The notes under the pieces are model-generated. The model was not told the DNA's origin and ran no database searches. It was given only the letters and a program-made list of their open reading frames with translations. A stretch of 64,000 nt of DNA from IMG/VR virus record IMGVR_UViG_3300013094_004547, positions 1-64,000 of that record; one strand, 5' to 3'. Of the stretch, positions 43,585 to 53,522 are shown in pieces. Origin of the DNA: a virus. Made by a program: the position numbers and the translations under genes. Every line of letters starts with the position of its first letter. Positions within the stretch are counted from its first letter, which is position 1.

Positions 43585-45623
43585 TCAGAGCGCGTCATCG
43601 CCAATCAGGTCCTCGACGATCGCATCGCGCTCCGCGTCCGACTCCGCGAGCTGGAAGAGGTGCAGCTCCGTAGCGCGGTCGGACCGGGCCCAGTCGAGCG
43701 CCTCCCACATGGCGCCGCGATGGCCTGCTCCGACGATGCGGGCAAGGCCGCCATCACCGCGACGAACCGCCAGGAATACGGCGCCCGGCGCATCGACTGC
43801 GACAGCCTGCACGAGCGTGAAGACGGCAACGAGGTAGCGACGGCCCGACACCCCACGCCATGCGGACAGGGCGACTGTCGACGATCGCGTCGAGGTAAGC
43901 CGTTCCTCACGGACTTCCGGGCGGGCCTTTCGATCACTCCCGATGCGGGAGAGTTCGTTCGACCAAGCGAGGCGTCTGCGCGAACTCATGACCGCGACCC
44001 GCACACAACCTTGGTGTAGCGGCCGTCGCCAAGGAGACGATCCCGGGCAACGCTCGTCTGGCCGGCCATCATGCAAGCGAAGACGGAGGGCGTCTTCACA
44101 GTGATGACGTCGAGGGCAGTGTCGCGCTGGCAATCGGGCTGCGCGATCGAAGCGGCACACACCAGGATCAGGGCGAAGACCGTGTTCATGCGGTATTCCC
44201 CAGGGTGAGAGCGGCGACTAGGACGCAGGCGGCAAGCGCAAAGTGAAGGGCGGCGATCAGCAGGACGTCGCGGAACGACGTCTCGGCCGAGCGGCGCGGG
44301 TGGTGGGCATCGAGGCCGGCGATCGCGATCAGCAGCACCAGCGCCACCGCGATGAACGGGATGGGCGCGAGGCTCATGATCGGGTCGTCCATCTCAGCGG
44401 CGCGCGTCCTTGGTCGGAAACAGCGCCGCGCACAGCGCCACGACCAGGGCGATCGCCAGGACCTGCGCTGTCAGCGGCGACAGGCAGACCGGCGGCACGA
44501 ACGGCGCGATGCTCTCGGGCGTGGCGACGTCGAGGATGAGGCCATCCATGTCAGGATCCTTGCGTCACGCCGAAACAGCGCAGCGCCTCGTCGGCCGAGA
44601 GCTTGGCGATCGGTCCTGAGACGACGCCGAGTTTGGCCGGGCCGGCGAACAGTTCGCGCTCGCCGCGGTAGACCGTCGGCTCGGCCACCGAGGCTGGCGC
44701 GATCCGCAGGCCGAGCAGAATGCCCAGTCGGGCGGCGAAGCGGGCGATCACAACCGCCACGCCTGCATCACGGCGCGTGCATGCTCGCGCTGCTCGTCGA
44801 CGAAGTGATCGCGGAACACGGGCAGGCTGAGGCCACGCACCATGGCGCGCTCGTCGGCCATGCTCGGGGCAGCGACGACGCGTGTGGCGTCGGCTATCTC
44901 GCTCCCGCGCAGGTCGCGGATCAGATCCCGGAAGACGCCGATCATGGTGGGCGAATGGACGACGACCACCGCACCGCCCTTCGGCAGGCTCATAATCATG
45001 CGATGGGTCCGACCGGACCGGCGCTTCTCGCCCGCGGACGGCTTGCCGGCGTCCAGGCGCTCGGACGCAGAGTAGCCCCGCGCATCCGCGGCGACGCCGA
45101 CGCGCAGAGGTGTGTCCTGAAAAAGCACTCAGATCACCACGATGACGAGGGTGCCGAAGCTCACCCGGGAATAGTCTCCGGAGACGCGGGCGCGCAGGCT
45201 CTCGGCCCGACGCCGGAGCTCCGGTGTGCAGGCCGTGCAGGCGAGGGCCGCGTCGCACATCGCGACGGTGGCGAGGCGCTGGCGAAGCGACATGGTCGGT
45301 CCAAATGAAAAACCCCGCGCGATGGCGGGGCGTAGGTCGGAGTATCGGGCCGGGTGTCAGACGCGGATGACGCGTGCGGTCCTGGTGCGCTCACGGTGGC
45401 GCAGGACGGCGGTAGGATCGGGAGGTCGCGCACGGCGGGCCGGACCGGGTTCGTGGCCCGGCCAGCTGCCGGTCAGATCCCGATAGAGGCGCCGGGCATG
45501 GTCGCGGATCTCGTCGCGGTCGGCGACGTAATCTTCCTGGGTGTGACGGTGACTCGGGGCGCGCAACCGGTCCGCCAGGAGGCAGAGGCCGTGCAGGCGC
45601 TCGACGATGTCGCGTTCGGTCAC
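43585..45623 (-). other. Cluster of ~8 small co-oriented hypothetical genes (e.g. 43585-43989, 43986-44189, 44186-44392, 44394-44549, 44748-45128, 45357-45623), several membrane or secreted
   Basis: Tightly coupled ORFs with overlapping start/stop codons downstream of the late promoter. Confidence 0.6.
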
Positions 45624-45828
45624 GGCCGCGGATCCGTCATGGGAGCGAGCCTACCAAGAATTGGACCGCTTTGGGAGCGGATGGAACAGGTGCGGGCCGG
45701 GGCTACAGCTTCAACCACTGCCACGGAGGCAGTTGCGGGTCTTTCAGGCATCCTGGCTGGCCGGCTTACTGAGATGCCTTGTTCACGGGACGAGGCCCGC
45801 CGCACCATCTCGCATGGGCCGCAGCCCG

Positions 45829-45914
45829 AAACGACGAAGGCCCCGGCGGGTGTCCGCCGAGGCCTTCTAGAATTTCGCAGGGTCCGAACTACCGCAAGCC
45901 GTTCTCCCGGTCAA
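45829..45914 (-). promoter_or_regulatory. Late promoter (TTGACC-N17-TAGTTC) immediately followed by a terminator hairpin (pR'/tR'-like)
   Basis: -35 at 45909-45914, -10 at 45886-45891, hairpin 45836-45867. Confidence 0.55.
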
Positions 45915-46693
45915 GCTCCATTCCCGCCGGATTGCGTCGCGGGAGTCCGCATGGCCACGAGCATGGTGCGCCCTTGCTGTTGGTAGTAACCATTCTCCAT
46001 TGAGGTGCGGATGTCGTTGCCGAGCATGTCATATTGCTCGTAGATCATGTCGAAGCCGCACTCTTTGAGCGTCTGGATCAGCGCAGGCTTCGTGGGCCAG
46101 AACGACCGCTTATTGCTCCACGACGTCCACTTGTGCTCTTCGAGCTTCGAGGTGTCGTCAAGATCGTGTTCGTGCAGCCAGCGACCGGGTAGACCTTCAT
46201 TCTCCGTCAGTGGAGAGAGATTGAACATGGTCTCGTCTTGATCCGTCGCGAAGTGCGTGTGCAGGATGATTACGTCCCTGACGCACCGGGACATTAGCCT
46301 AATGAATTCAGCTGGCTTATCGAGATGGTAGAGCAGCCCGCAGCAAAACGCGGCATCGAAGGTGCCATGTGCGGATAAACTCCAAACGTCGTCATTAATG
46401 AAGCCGACGTCGCTCGTGCCTGTGCCCTCCTTGACGTGCAGGCAGTTCTCGAAATTGGATTGGCGCACCTCGATCCCGGTCGCCCGCATCCCGGCGCGGG
46501 CAAACTCGATCGTGTAGCCACCTTCGAGGCAGCCGAGATCAACGATGGTGCGGCCCACCAAGTCGTGTCCGTAGAACAGGCGGAGTGATCGGAGTGCCGC
46601 CTGGGTCCACGGACTATCCGCAATGAGCCAGCCCGCTTCAGGCAACGTCTCCGAACCGTCCGCCAGCCGGATGTTGTGCGCGGTGAAGCTCAT
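45911..46693 (-). CDS. Class I SAM-dependent methyltransferase (accessory gene)
   Basis: GGAGG RBS before MSFTAHN; VDLGCLEGG, FCCGLLYHL. Confidence 0.85.
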   Translation of the reverse strand: MSFTAHNIRLADGSETLPEAGWLIADSPWTQAALRSLRLFYGHDLVGRTIVDLGCLEGGYTIEFARAGMRATGIEVRQSNFENCLHVKEGTGTSDVGFINDDVWSLSAHGTFDAAFCCGLLYHLDKPAEFIRLMSRCVRDVIILHTHFATDQDETMFNLSPLTENEGLPGRWLHEHDLDDTSKLEEHKWTSWSNKRSFWPTKPALIQTLKECGFDMIYEQYDMLGNDIRTSMENGYYQQQGRTMLVAMRTPATQSGGNGA

Positions 46694-46775
46694 AGATCCT
46701 CCCGAATGCCCGCCGATGTATCTGCGTCGCGGGCTTCGGGGCCACCGTACCCGTCTCAGAGCATGACGGAAATGT

Positions 46776-47711
46776 TCATGCGGTCCGTTCGCTCGGCGGT
46801 GTCCAATCCCGTGGGTCGATCTTCCGAACCGGTGAGGCGCGGAGCGGAGCGGCGCGGCGCCCAGCGACCCGGTGGTTCCTCTCGATGTGCCGGCGGGGGC
46901 GAAGGTTTGGCAACGGCACACGCTCCTCTTCCACCCGCTCCACCCAGGGTGCGATCGACGCCTTTGGCGGCAGGACTTCGATGCTGGTGAGGAACTGAAG
47001 TGCCGGCACGAGGTAGACGAGCGCGGCGTGCCAGTAGGCGTAGCGCAGTTGCTCCTCGACCACTTCTGTCCCGGTACGGGTGTAGTTCAGCTTACAGAAC
47101 AGGCCGGTGTCGCGGCTGTCGCCCTTCGAGGTCGCGATCTCGTCGTGGCTGGTGAACCACGGCTTGCCGTCCGGGCCCTCACCGCAGGGCGTGTGTACGG
47201 TCCGCCAGAGCGTGATCTTGCCGTTGTCCGACATCGCCGGCTCGACTTCGATGCCGCTCCCGACCCCGGGAGGCCTGCGGATCGCGGCCGTCACGAGCCA
47301 GGATGGCGTCGCATACATCGCGGCCGAGGTCATCACCCCGAGGTCGGCCTTGCCGCGCAGGTTGAACTGGATGGGATAAGGCGTGAGGTCGAGCGGGCAG
47401 GTGGCCGAGCCGGCGGCCGCCTTTTGCAACGTCTCGCTCAAGACCTGAAGGTGTGCCTCGATCGTGATGGCGTCCGGATGGGGATCGCCCATCGCCGGCG
47501 GCATGCCAGGCTCACGGCTCCAGTTGTCGACCGGTCCACCCATCGCGACCATGCGCCAGACCGGGTCAGACGCGCACCGAGGGCCGCGGATCGGGCTGTC
47601 CGCCCGGCGCTTCGGCAGTTCGTCGCGGATCGCCCAGCGCAGCGCCTCCTCGATCGTCATTTTTCGGCGCTTGCCTGCGCCTAGGGTGGTGCTCTGCTTC
47701 GTTGCCGGCAC
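46776..47711 (-). CDS. Conserved phage protein at the Q/late-regulator position
   Basis: IEEALRWAIRDELPK, PHPDA, Y..W..AL..L; last early gene before the late promoter. Confidence 0.65.
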   Translation of the reverse strand: MPATKQSTTLGAGKRRKMTIEEALRWAIRDELPKRRADSPIRGPRCASDPVWRMVAMGGPVDNWSREPGMPPAMGDPHPDAITIEAHLQVLSETLQKAAAGSATCPLDLTPYPIQFNLRGKADLGVMTSAAMYATPSWLVTAAIRRPPGVGSGIEVEPAMSDNGKITLWRTVHTPCGEGPDGKPWFTSHDEIATSKGDSRDTGLFCKLNYTRTGTEVVEEQLRYAYWHAALVYLVPALQFLTSIEVLPPKASIAPWVERVEEERVPLPNLRPRRHIERNHRVAGRRAAPLRASPVRKIDPRDWTPPSERTA

Positions 47712-47786
47712 GGTGGGTCCCCAATGCTGTGCCGGTTCGAAGTAAAGCGGCAGCCTGGACTTGGTCCAATCCCGTCGCTGACACTG

Positions 47787-48200
47787 TCAAGATGCTGAGT
47801 TGCCCCTCGTAGAACTTTCACGATCGACGCGTGTCTTGGCCGCGGCGATGCGCTCACATCCCCGCTTCCTACGGCGATGAAAGGTCCGCTCAGACCAGCC
47901 GCAAGTGAGGCACCACTCGGCGATCGACGCCTCGATATCCCCGCCATCCGCTCGAATGCGCGACCACGTAATCACGGCCGTCAGCTCGTCGGTGCCCTTA
48001 CCGAGAACGGTGCGGGCGAAGGCAAGGATGTCGAAGGTGGCGCTCGGGCGGTTCACATCCACCGGCGACAACGCGTTGCCGGGCTTGGCCAGGATGGCGA
48101 GGCCCTGCCGCAGCTCGCGCATCGGGGTGAGGAGCCAGCGCTCCACGTCTTTGATCGTCCAGGGCTCTGGCGGATCGGGACCTTCCGGGCGAAACGACAT
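47787..48200 (-). CDS. Putative transcription regulator with C-terminal HTH (DUF6362-like)
   Basis: WTIKDVE; SIAEWC..CGWSERTFHRRRK. Confidence 0.6.
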   Translation of the reverse strand: MSFRPEGPDPPEPWTIKDVERWLLTPMRELRQGLAILAKPGNALSPVDVNRPSATFDILAFARTVLGKGTDELTAVITWSRIRADGGDIEASIAEWCLTCGWSERTFHRRRKRGCERIAAAKTRVDRESSTRGNSAS

Positions 48201-48324
48201 CGGGCCTGAGAACGCGGCCCAAACTGCCGCTTCCCGTTCCTACCATGTTCCGGATCACGAAAGCGTGGCCGCTGCGACATCGTGGGTGGCTCGCGTGCGT
48301 CGGGCTCCTGCCCCCCTCTGCCCT

Positions 48325-48720
48325 AGTAGCCGTGAGGGCCAGGCCGCACGGGACGCCAGTGTGTCGGCAGTTCATCCATGCTGAAATCCGTTCCGGAGTT
48401 GGGGCCGCCATAGGTACAAAATGACCACGCGCCCGGATCGTCGGCTGCGGCGTGTGGGTCCTGATACGCCCGCGCCAGCTCGGACATTCCGTTGCCGCGC
48501 TCGCCCCGCTCGAAATAGAATTCGACGTATTCCCCACTGCGGATAGGTGGCGAACGGCTCCCAAGAGTTTGCGATTGCTTCGAGTATATCCTCGGCCGCG
48601 TCGTTTGCTCCGATCAGGCCGCCGCTCGCGCCTTCGGAACAGTTGAGCTTGATCGCTGCAATGATCGCGGTTTTCAGGTCCCTTGTCCGTTCCCTTATGA
48701 TGCTGGCGGAGTTCCCGTCC
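48325..48720 (-). pseudogene. Frameshifted DUF551-like gene remnant
   Basis: WEPFATYP in one frame; GEYVEFY...PTHWRP-stop in another; no clear start. Confidence 0.4.
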
Positions 48721-48722
48721 GC

Positions 48723-48968
48723 CTACGTAGCGCCCTCGTCCAGGTCGTTTCCGTTGTGCTCGGCGATCCGCTGATGCTCGTCACCGGTAGCGAAGATGAC
48801 GATGTCGCCCGGACCGATGTCCCGGCGGGCCCGACGGTCCCACCGGCGGTGGATGAACCGAGGGCCGCCAAAGATCCGGAAGGCGTTCCAGTAGCGGTCG
48901 TCGCGGAAGCCGACGTAATGAACGCAGCGGGGCGGAGGTCCGGATTTAATCTGCGTTTCAAAAAACAT
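48723..48968 (-). CDS. Hypothetical phage protein (81 aa)
   Basis: VHYVGFRDDRYWNA..IFG.P.FIHR.WD.RA. Confidence 0.7.
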   Translation of the reverse strand: MFFETQIKSGPPPRCVHYVGFRDDRYWNAFRIFGGPRFIHRRWDRRARRDIGPGDIVIFATGDEHQRIAEHNGNDLDEGAT

Positions 48969-48982
48969 TCCAGGGCATCAGC

Positions 48983-49741
48983 CTATCGCTGACCCAACTG
49001 CGTATCAATTGCCGCGAGAAGTTTATGAATATCATCACTTCTCGAAACGGCCTGCGCTATACTGAGCAATTCGTACGAGACTGGATCATGTGATTTTAGA
49101 GATCCACCGTTGCCTCCGATTTTGACGAAGGTCATCAGGTCGTCTAATGCCATGTAGGCTTCGTCGTCTTTTTTCCTTTTTCGATCAAGGTGTGCGCCAC
49201 CTTTTTTGTGTGCCACGAATGATATTATTTGGTGTCGTTTGATTGATTTGCCTTTTACAATTGCGGAAGTTGAGTCTTTATACTCGTGCAGGGGAAATTC
49301 TTTCATGGGCGGCCCGGCCTTGGCTTGGCGAGCTATCTCGTCTGGCGTCATGGCGCGCGGCAGATGTCGGAATGCGGCTATCCGCATCCCTCCGTATTCG
49401 CCACCCCCGGCAAATATGAAATCATCTGGGTCGGCATTCACGACATCGAGTCGAATGGATTTTATGATAGGAGCACCCTTAAGCACGCCTACGTTTTTCC
49501 AAGCCTTTATGAGCAAGTCGTCGTTGATAAGTAGCCGCATCTGAACGCTCAGGCGTCGCAGGGCATCAAAATCAGGATCACCTCTGGTTACCTCATTAAT
49601 AAATCGAAGATCCGAGGCTACCGTCGTCAGCAGCTCGACATCAATCGACGCTTCGGTGCCGAGCTTAGTCATGCGAACCCTACAAGGAAGATACTTCGTA
49701 AAAACGGGGTGAAGTTGATTGCCGCTTCGCAGAAGCCCCAA
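48983..49741 (-). CDS. Lower-GC hypothetical protein (moron)
   Basis: Long ORF with AT-richer codons; RHQII..VAHKKGGAHLD motif. Confidence 0.75.
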   Translation of the reverse strand: MGLLRSGNQLHPVFTKYLPCRVRMTKLGTEASIDVELLTTVASDLRFINEVTRGDPDFDALRRLSVQMRLLINDDLLIKAWKNVGVLKGAPIIKSIRLDVVNADPDDFIFAGGGEYGGMRIAAFRHLPRAMTPDEIARQAKAGPPMKEFPLHEYKDSTSAIVKGKSIKRHQIISFVAHKKGGAHLDRKRKKDDEAYMALDDLMTFVKIGGNGGSLKSHDPVSYELLSIAQAVSRSDDIHKLLAAIDTQLGQR

Positions 49742-49864
49742 GCTGGGTCATTCCGCCAAGTGCCGTTTAACAAACGAGATGATCGTCCGGGTCGGCAAAA
49801 GCGGGATCAGGAAGCCGCGGATGCTCATACTAATTGCTGACGGGCTTACGCCCATCACCGCCTT

Positions 49865-51316
49865 CTACTGAACTCGCACAACCCTCGCGGCCTCGTCCAG
49901 GGCGTAGCGCGGCGGCCGCGCGTCATTTGGGATCACCCGCGCCATGCTGAACCCCTCTCGCGCAGCTACTTCCTGGATCGCGTAGGCGTGGTTCAACCCG
50001 CGGTTCTGCTGCACCACTGCGTCGATGGCCTGAAAAAAGTCGGCAGAGACGAGCCCGGAGGGCGTGTCTCCGGCGGCGAGATCCCGGCGGAAGGCGTTCC
50101 CCTTGGCCTGCTCGACGATGCCGACCAGCATGGCGCCGTTGACGATGTCGGACAGGCGGACGAAGGCCGGACCCTGATCGGTGGCGAGCTGGGCGACGAT
50201 CTGCTCGGGGGCGAAGACGGCGTTGGCGGCGAGCATGGCGAACTCCCCCCGGGCCCATTCGACCGGCGTCGGCCGGTAGGGCTCGCCGGTCACGCTCATC
50301 TCACCCACCGACGGCTCGCCGAAGCTGGCTATCGTCGGGGTCGCCAGCGGCACATCAATGAGCGCGCGTTCCATGATCATGGCCGCGGCCACTCGCGTCG
50401 GCCGCTCGACCCGGATCTTCCGGTCGATCCGACCATCGCGCAGGATCGCAGCGTCGATCGCTTCTGGACGGTTGGTCGCCAGGATCACTAGCGCGCCCGA
50501 GTCCTCGATTCCGTCCATCTCGGTCAGGAAGGTCGCGACGTTCGACGCCTGGAACCAGGTTGCGCGGCCCTCACGGCTGGGCAGGATCGCGTCGGCCTCG
50601 TCGATAAACACCACGAGCGGATGGCCGTGCAGCGCCTTATAGGCCCGCGCATACGCGAAGATGTCCCGGATCATCCGCTCGGTCTCGCCGACCCAGCCGC
50701 TCTGAAGCTCGGGCGCCTTGATCGACATGAACGAGGCCGCCTTCGCCCCGTGCAGCTGGGCGAGCACGGAAGCGGCCGCCTTGCCGAACATGGTCTTGCC
50801 GCAGCCTGGCGGTCCGTAGAGGAGCACGCCCTTCGTCGGCTTCTTGCCGTAGTGTCGGTAGAGATCGGCGTGGCGGACCGGATGCTCGATCGCCTCGACC
50901 AGGTGGGCGCGGGCGGTATCGTTGCCGATCACGTCGTCCCATGCCACGCCCGGTGTGGCCGTCAGCAGGTACTTGGCGACGGGTCCGCGCAGGCGCTGCT
51001 CGTCCTCGTCCGCCTTTGAACGCGCCCTTCCCGGCATCTCGACCCTGCCGATGCCAGCGTACTGGTCCTTGCCGATGTGGACCGTGAACTCCCCGCTGAA
51101 CGGATTTCCAACCATCTCGCGCACCGCCTTCTCCATGTCGACCATGATCTCTTCGCTGGTCTTGTTCGGCCATTTGCTGCGCGCGGGATCGACGGCGTTC
51201 GTGGCGGCCTCCCCCTCGAAGGTGAAGTCGACGATGTCCCGTTCGCGCTTCCCGGTGCTGCGGCCGATGTCCTCGAACGGGCTGCGGGAGCCCGGCGGTC
51301 TGCGATCGCGCGTCAT
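49865..51316 (-). CDS. Classical-clade AAA+ ATPase, ARC/Mpa-like
   Basis: Walker A GPPGCGKT, Walker B VFIDEAD, SRH ATNRPEAIDAAILRDGRID; NGAMLVGIVEQAK. Confidence 0.88.
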   Translation of the reverse strand: MTRDRRPPGSRSPFEDIGRSTGKRERDIVDFTFEGEAATNAVDPARSKWPNKTSEEIMVDMEKAVREMVGNPFSGEFTVHIGKDQYAGIGRVEMPGRARSKADEDEQRLRGPVAKYLLTATPGVAWDDVIGNDTARAHLVEAIEHPVRHADLYRHYGKKPTKGVLLYGPPGCGKTMFGKAAASVLAQLHGAKAASFMSIKAPELQSGWVGETERMIRDIFAYARAYKALHGHPLVVFIDEADAILPSREGRATWFQASNVATFLTEMDGIEDSGALVILATNRPEAIDAAILRDGRIDRKIRVERPTRVAAAMIMERALIDVPLATPTIASFGEPSVGEMSVTGEPYRPTPVEWARGEFAMLAANAVFAPEQIVAQLATDQGPAFVRLSDIVNGAMLVGIVEQAKGNAFRRDLAAGDTPSGLVSADFFQAIDAVVQQNRGLNHAYAIQEVAAREGFSMARVIPNDARPPRYALDEAARVVRVQ

Positions 51317-51448
51317 CAGTGCACTTCCTCCTCGTGGCTCTTTGGCACCGGCACGCGCAGCCCGATCCGGCGGGCGAGCTCGTCGCTGATCAGCAGGCGG
51401 CCCCACATGGCCTGGCCGCGTCCCTGGGCTTCGGTCCGCGCGGAGAGA

Positions 51449-52273
51449 TCAGACATCATCGATCATCTCTCCGTACCGCTCTGTTCTGAATTCCCGTTCG
51501 GCGAGATCGAGTTCGATGCGCGGCGCTCGGTTCGCCGACAGAGGGGGACGGGCCAACTTCCCGGCGCGTTCAAGCGCGCCGCTGCAGGTCGCGCAAAGCA
51601 GGTTCACAACCTCATTCCCGCCCAACAAGTCGAACTGGCTATGGACGTAAGATAATCCTTCGCGCTCTGGACAAACTTCGCACGTCAGCTTTCCTCGGGC
51701 TTCCAGCATCAGCGACTCTGCATAGCTGCGCTGCCCCCTCCATTCTGGCGTGGCGAGATATTCTGTGTAGGTCATCCGCGCGAGAACTTGCCGACGCTCT
51801 TCCTTCTCACGGTCGCGCAGGTTCCACTCCACTTTGCGCTGTTCGGACACAGCGTCTTCGCAAGCCGGGCAGATGAAACGGTAGCCTTCAGCCCATCGCT
51901 GTTCGTTGTTTGCGGCCCGCTTCAACACATCGCTCATCATCGAACGGCTAGTAATTGGTAGATTTTCACTGCATCGGTCACAGGAGATGCCGATAGAAAC
52001 GCCTTTTGAATGCCGAAGCATTAACGATGAAGATGGCTTTCCTACTGTAAGCAGAGCTAACTGGTTCGCGCTCGCCTCGGGTGCGTACCAGTAGGCGTAG
52101 ACGGCCGCTCTCAGCCGGTCGGAAGGATCGGTGACCTCGGCTAGCGCATCGACCTTGAGCGCTAGCCGCTGCCTCGCTTCAGCCAGCTCCGCGGCGACTC
52201 GCGCCTCCAGCAGGCGCAGATCGTCTGCTGCGTCCATAATCGCATCGAGTTCGGGGCTGGTCGGACGATCCAC
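51449..52273 (-). CDS. Zn-binding protein with degenerate HNH-like C-terminus
   Basis: CDRC, CPAC, YTEYLATPEW..R, CEVC, LLCATC. Confidence 0.65.
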   Translation of the reverse strand: MDRPTSPELDAIMDAADDLRLLEARVAAELAEARQRLALKVDALAEVTDPSDRLRAAVYAYWYAPEASANQLALLTVGKPSSSLMLRHSKGVSIGISCDRCSENLPITSRSMMSDVLKRAANNEQRWAEGYRFICPACEDAVSEQRKVEWNLRDREKEERRQVLARMTYTEYLATPEWRGQRSYAESLMLEARGKLTCEVCPEREGLSYVHSQFDLLGGNEVVNLLCATCSGALERAGKLARPPLSANRAPRIELDLAEREFRTERYGEMIDDV

Positions 52274-52340
52274 GGCGCTCTCCTGAACGAAGCTTCTGTC
52301 AGCGGTCAGACTATGCCGCCCGCACTACGAGGTCTGGGCG

Positions 52341-53522
52341 TCACGCCGCCTCGGTCGCCGGCGGGAACGGGGCCGGCATGTAGGCACCGAGCCCGCTCGC
52401 CAGCGACATCCACCGGGGCTTCACGTCGAGCTCGGCGAAGTAGGCCTCCCACGCGGCGCCCTCGTCCGAATCGGCGAGCACGAAGTGGGTGCAGCCGCTC
52501 GGCCACTGGCCGCGGCGGACCTGGTCCATGCCGGCGGCGTTGCGGGCGGCGAACAGGTCCGTCGCGGGCGCGCTGGGAGGTCCGGCTGCCGCTGCCGGTC
52601 CAGCTCCGCCGGACGAGGGAGCGCCGTTGCGCCAGAGCCCGCGCTCGAACCATCGGTGCAGCGCCCGGGCTTGGCTGCGATGCTGGGCACGGGTCCGCGC
52701 CTCGACGGCCGCGGCGTGAATCGCCCGCTCCTGGTCGGCGGGGTCGAGCGCCGCGAACAGCGCCACCGCCCGGGGGCGGTCCGCCGCGAGTCGCCCGCTC
52801 TCGGGGTAGGCCGCCCAGAGGCGCTCGAATCGCGCTGCGGTTTCAGGCGGCACCGCGGGCGGCGCTGCCCCCCGGCAGCCCTGCGACGGTCGGGGCCGGC
52901 GTTCGGCTCCTCGTTCGGGCCGATTCCCGATCCAGGCCTCCCGTTCGGAGATCCGTTCCTCCTCCAGCGAGCGCGTCCCCCCGCTGGCGGGGGGATAAAG
53001 GGGGGAGAATCCCTTGGTAGAATCTAGTTCTAAGTAGGCGGTCGGGTTTACCGACTCCGGTTCACCCGACTCCGGTTCACCCGTCGACGGCTCACCCGGA
53101 GTCGGTAAACCCGACTCCGGTGGAAGTCCTACCGCGGTCGGAAAACCCGACTGCGGTAGAGATGCAACAGTGGGTGTTTCGCCCTCCGACGGCGATGCCT
53201 TATCTGGCTCGTCCAGGACGATGTACTCGACGCCGCCGAATGACCCGCGCCCGGTCCGCGCCTCCTCGCGCTGGACCCATCCGCTGGCGATCAACTCCCG
53301 CATGATCCGCTGCATCTGCTCGCGGCCCATGGGCTTGCGCGCGTCGCCGCTGCCGGTGCCGAACCGGCGGCGCAGGTGCTCCTGGGAGATATTCCAGTCG
53401 TCGGGACGCGAGCGCAGGTAGCAGAGCAACCCGAGGGCATCGAGCGCCAGGTCCTCGTCGCGGAACACGTCGTTCCGGATCGTCGTGAAATCTCGATTGT
53501 GGCGTCGGCGTATGATCGTCAT
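52341..53522 (-). CDS. Phage replication initiator (wHTH)
   Basis: FTTIRNDVFRD..L...ALGLLCYL.SRPDDW; internal iterons. Confidence 0.85.
   Translation of the reverse strand: MTIIRRRHNRDFTTIRNDVFRDEDLALDALGLLCYLRSRPDDWNISQEHLRRRFGTGSGDARKPMGREQMQRIMRELIASGWVQREEARTGRGSFGGVEYIVLDEPDKASPSEGETPTVASLPQSGFPTAVGLPPESGLPTPGEPSTGEPESGEPESVNPTAYLELDSTKGFSPLYPPASGGTRSLEEERISEREAWIGNRPERGAERRPRPSQGCRGAAPPAVPPETAARFERLWAAYPESGRLAADRPRAVALFAALDPADQERAIHAAAVEARTRAQHRSQARALHRWFERGLWRNGAPSSGGAGPAAAAGPPSAPATDLFAARNAAGMDQVRRGQWPSGCTHFVLADSDEGAAWEAYFAELDVKPRWMSLASGLGAYMPAPFPPATEAA
53041..53157. repeat. Replication origin iterons (CGG-N5-CCG, mostly 15-bp period)
   Basis: About six units, e.g. TCCGGTTCACCCG x2, CGGTAAACCCG, CGGAAAACCCG; AT-richer patch at ~53018-53036. 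Confidence 0.7.

Noticed and set aside
53041-53157. Short repeats as a CRISPR array
   Set aside because: 15-bp period, no unique spacers, no cas genes, and located inside the initiator gene; iterons fit better
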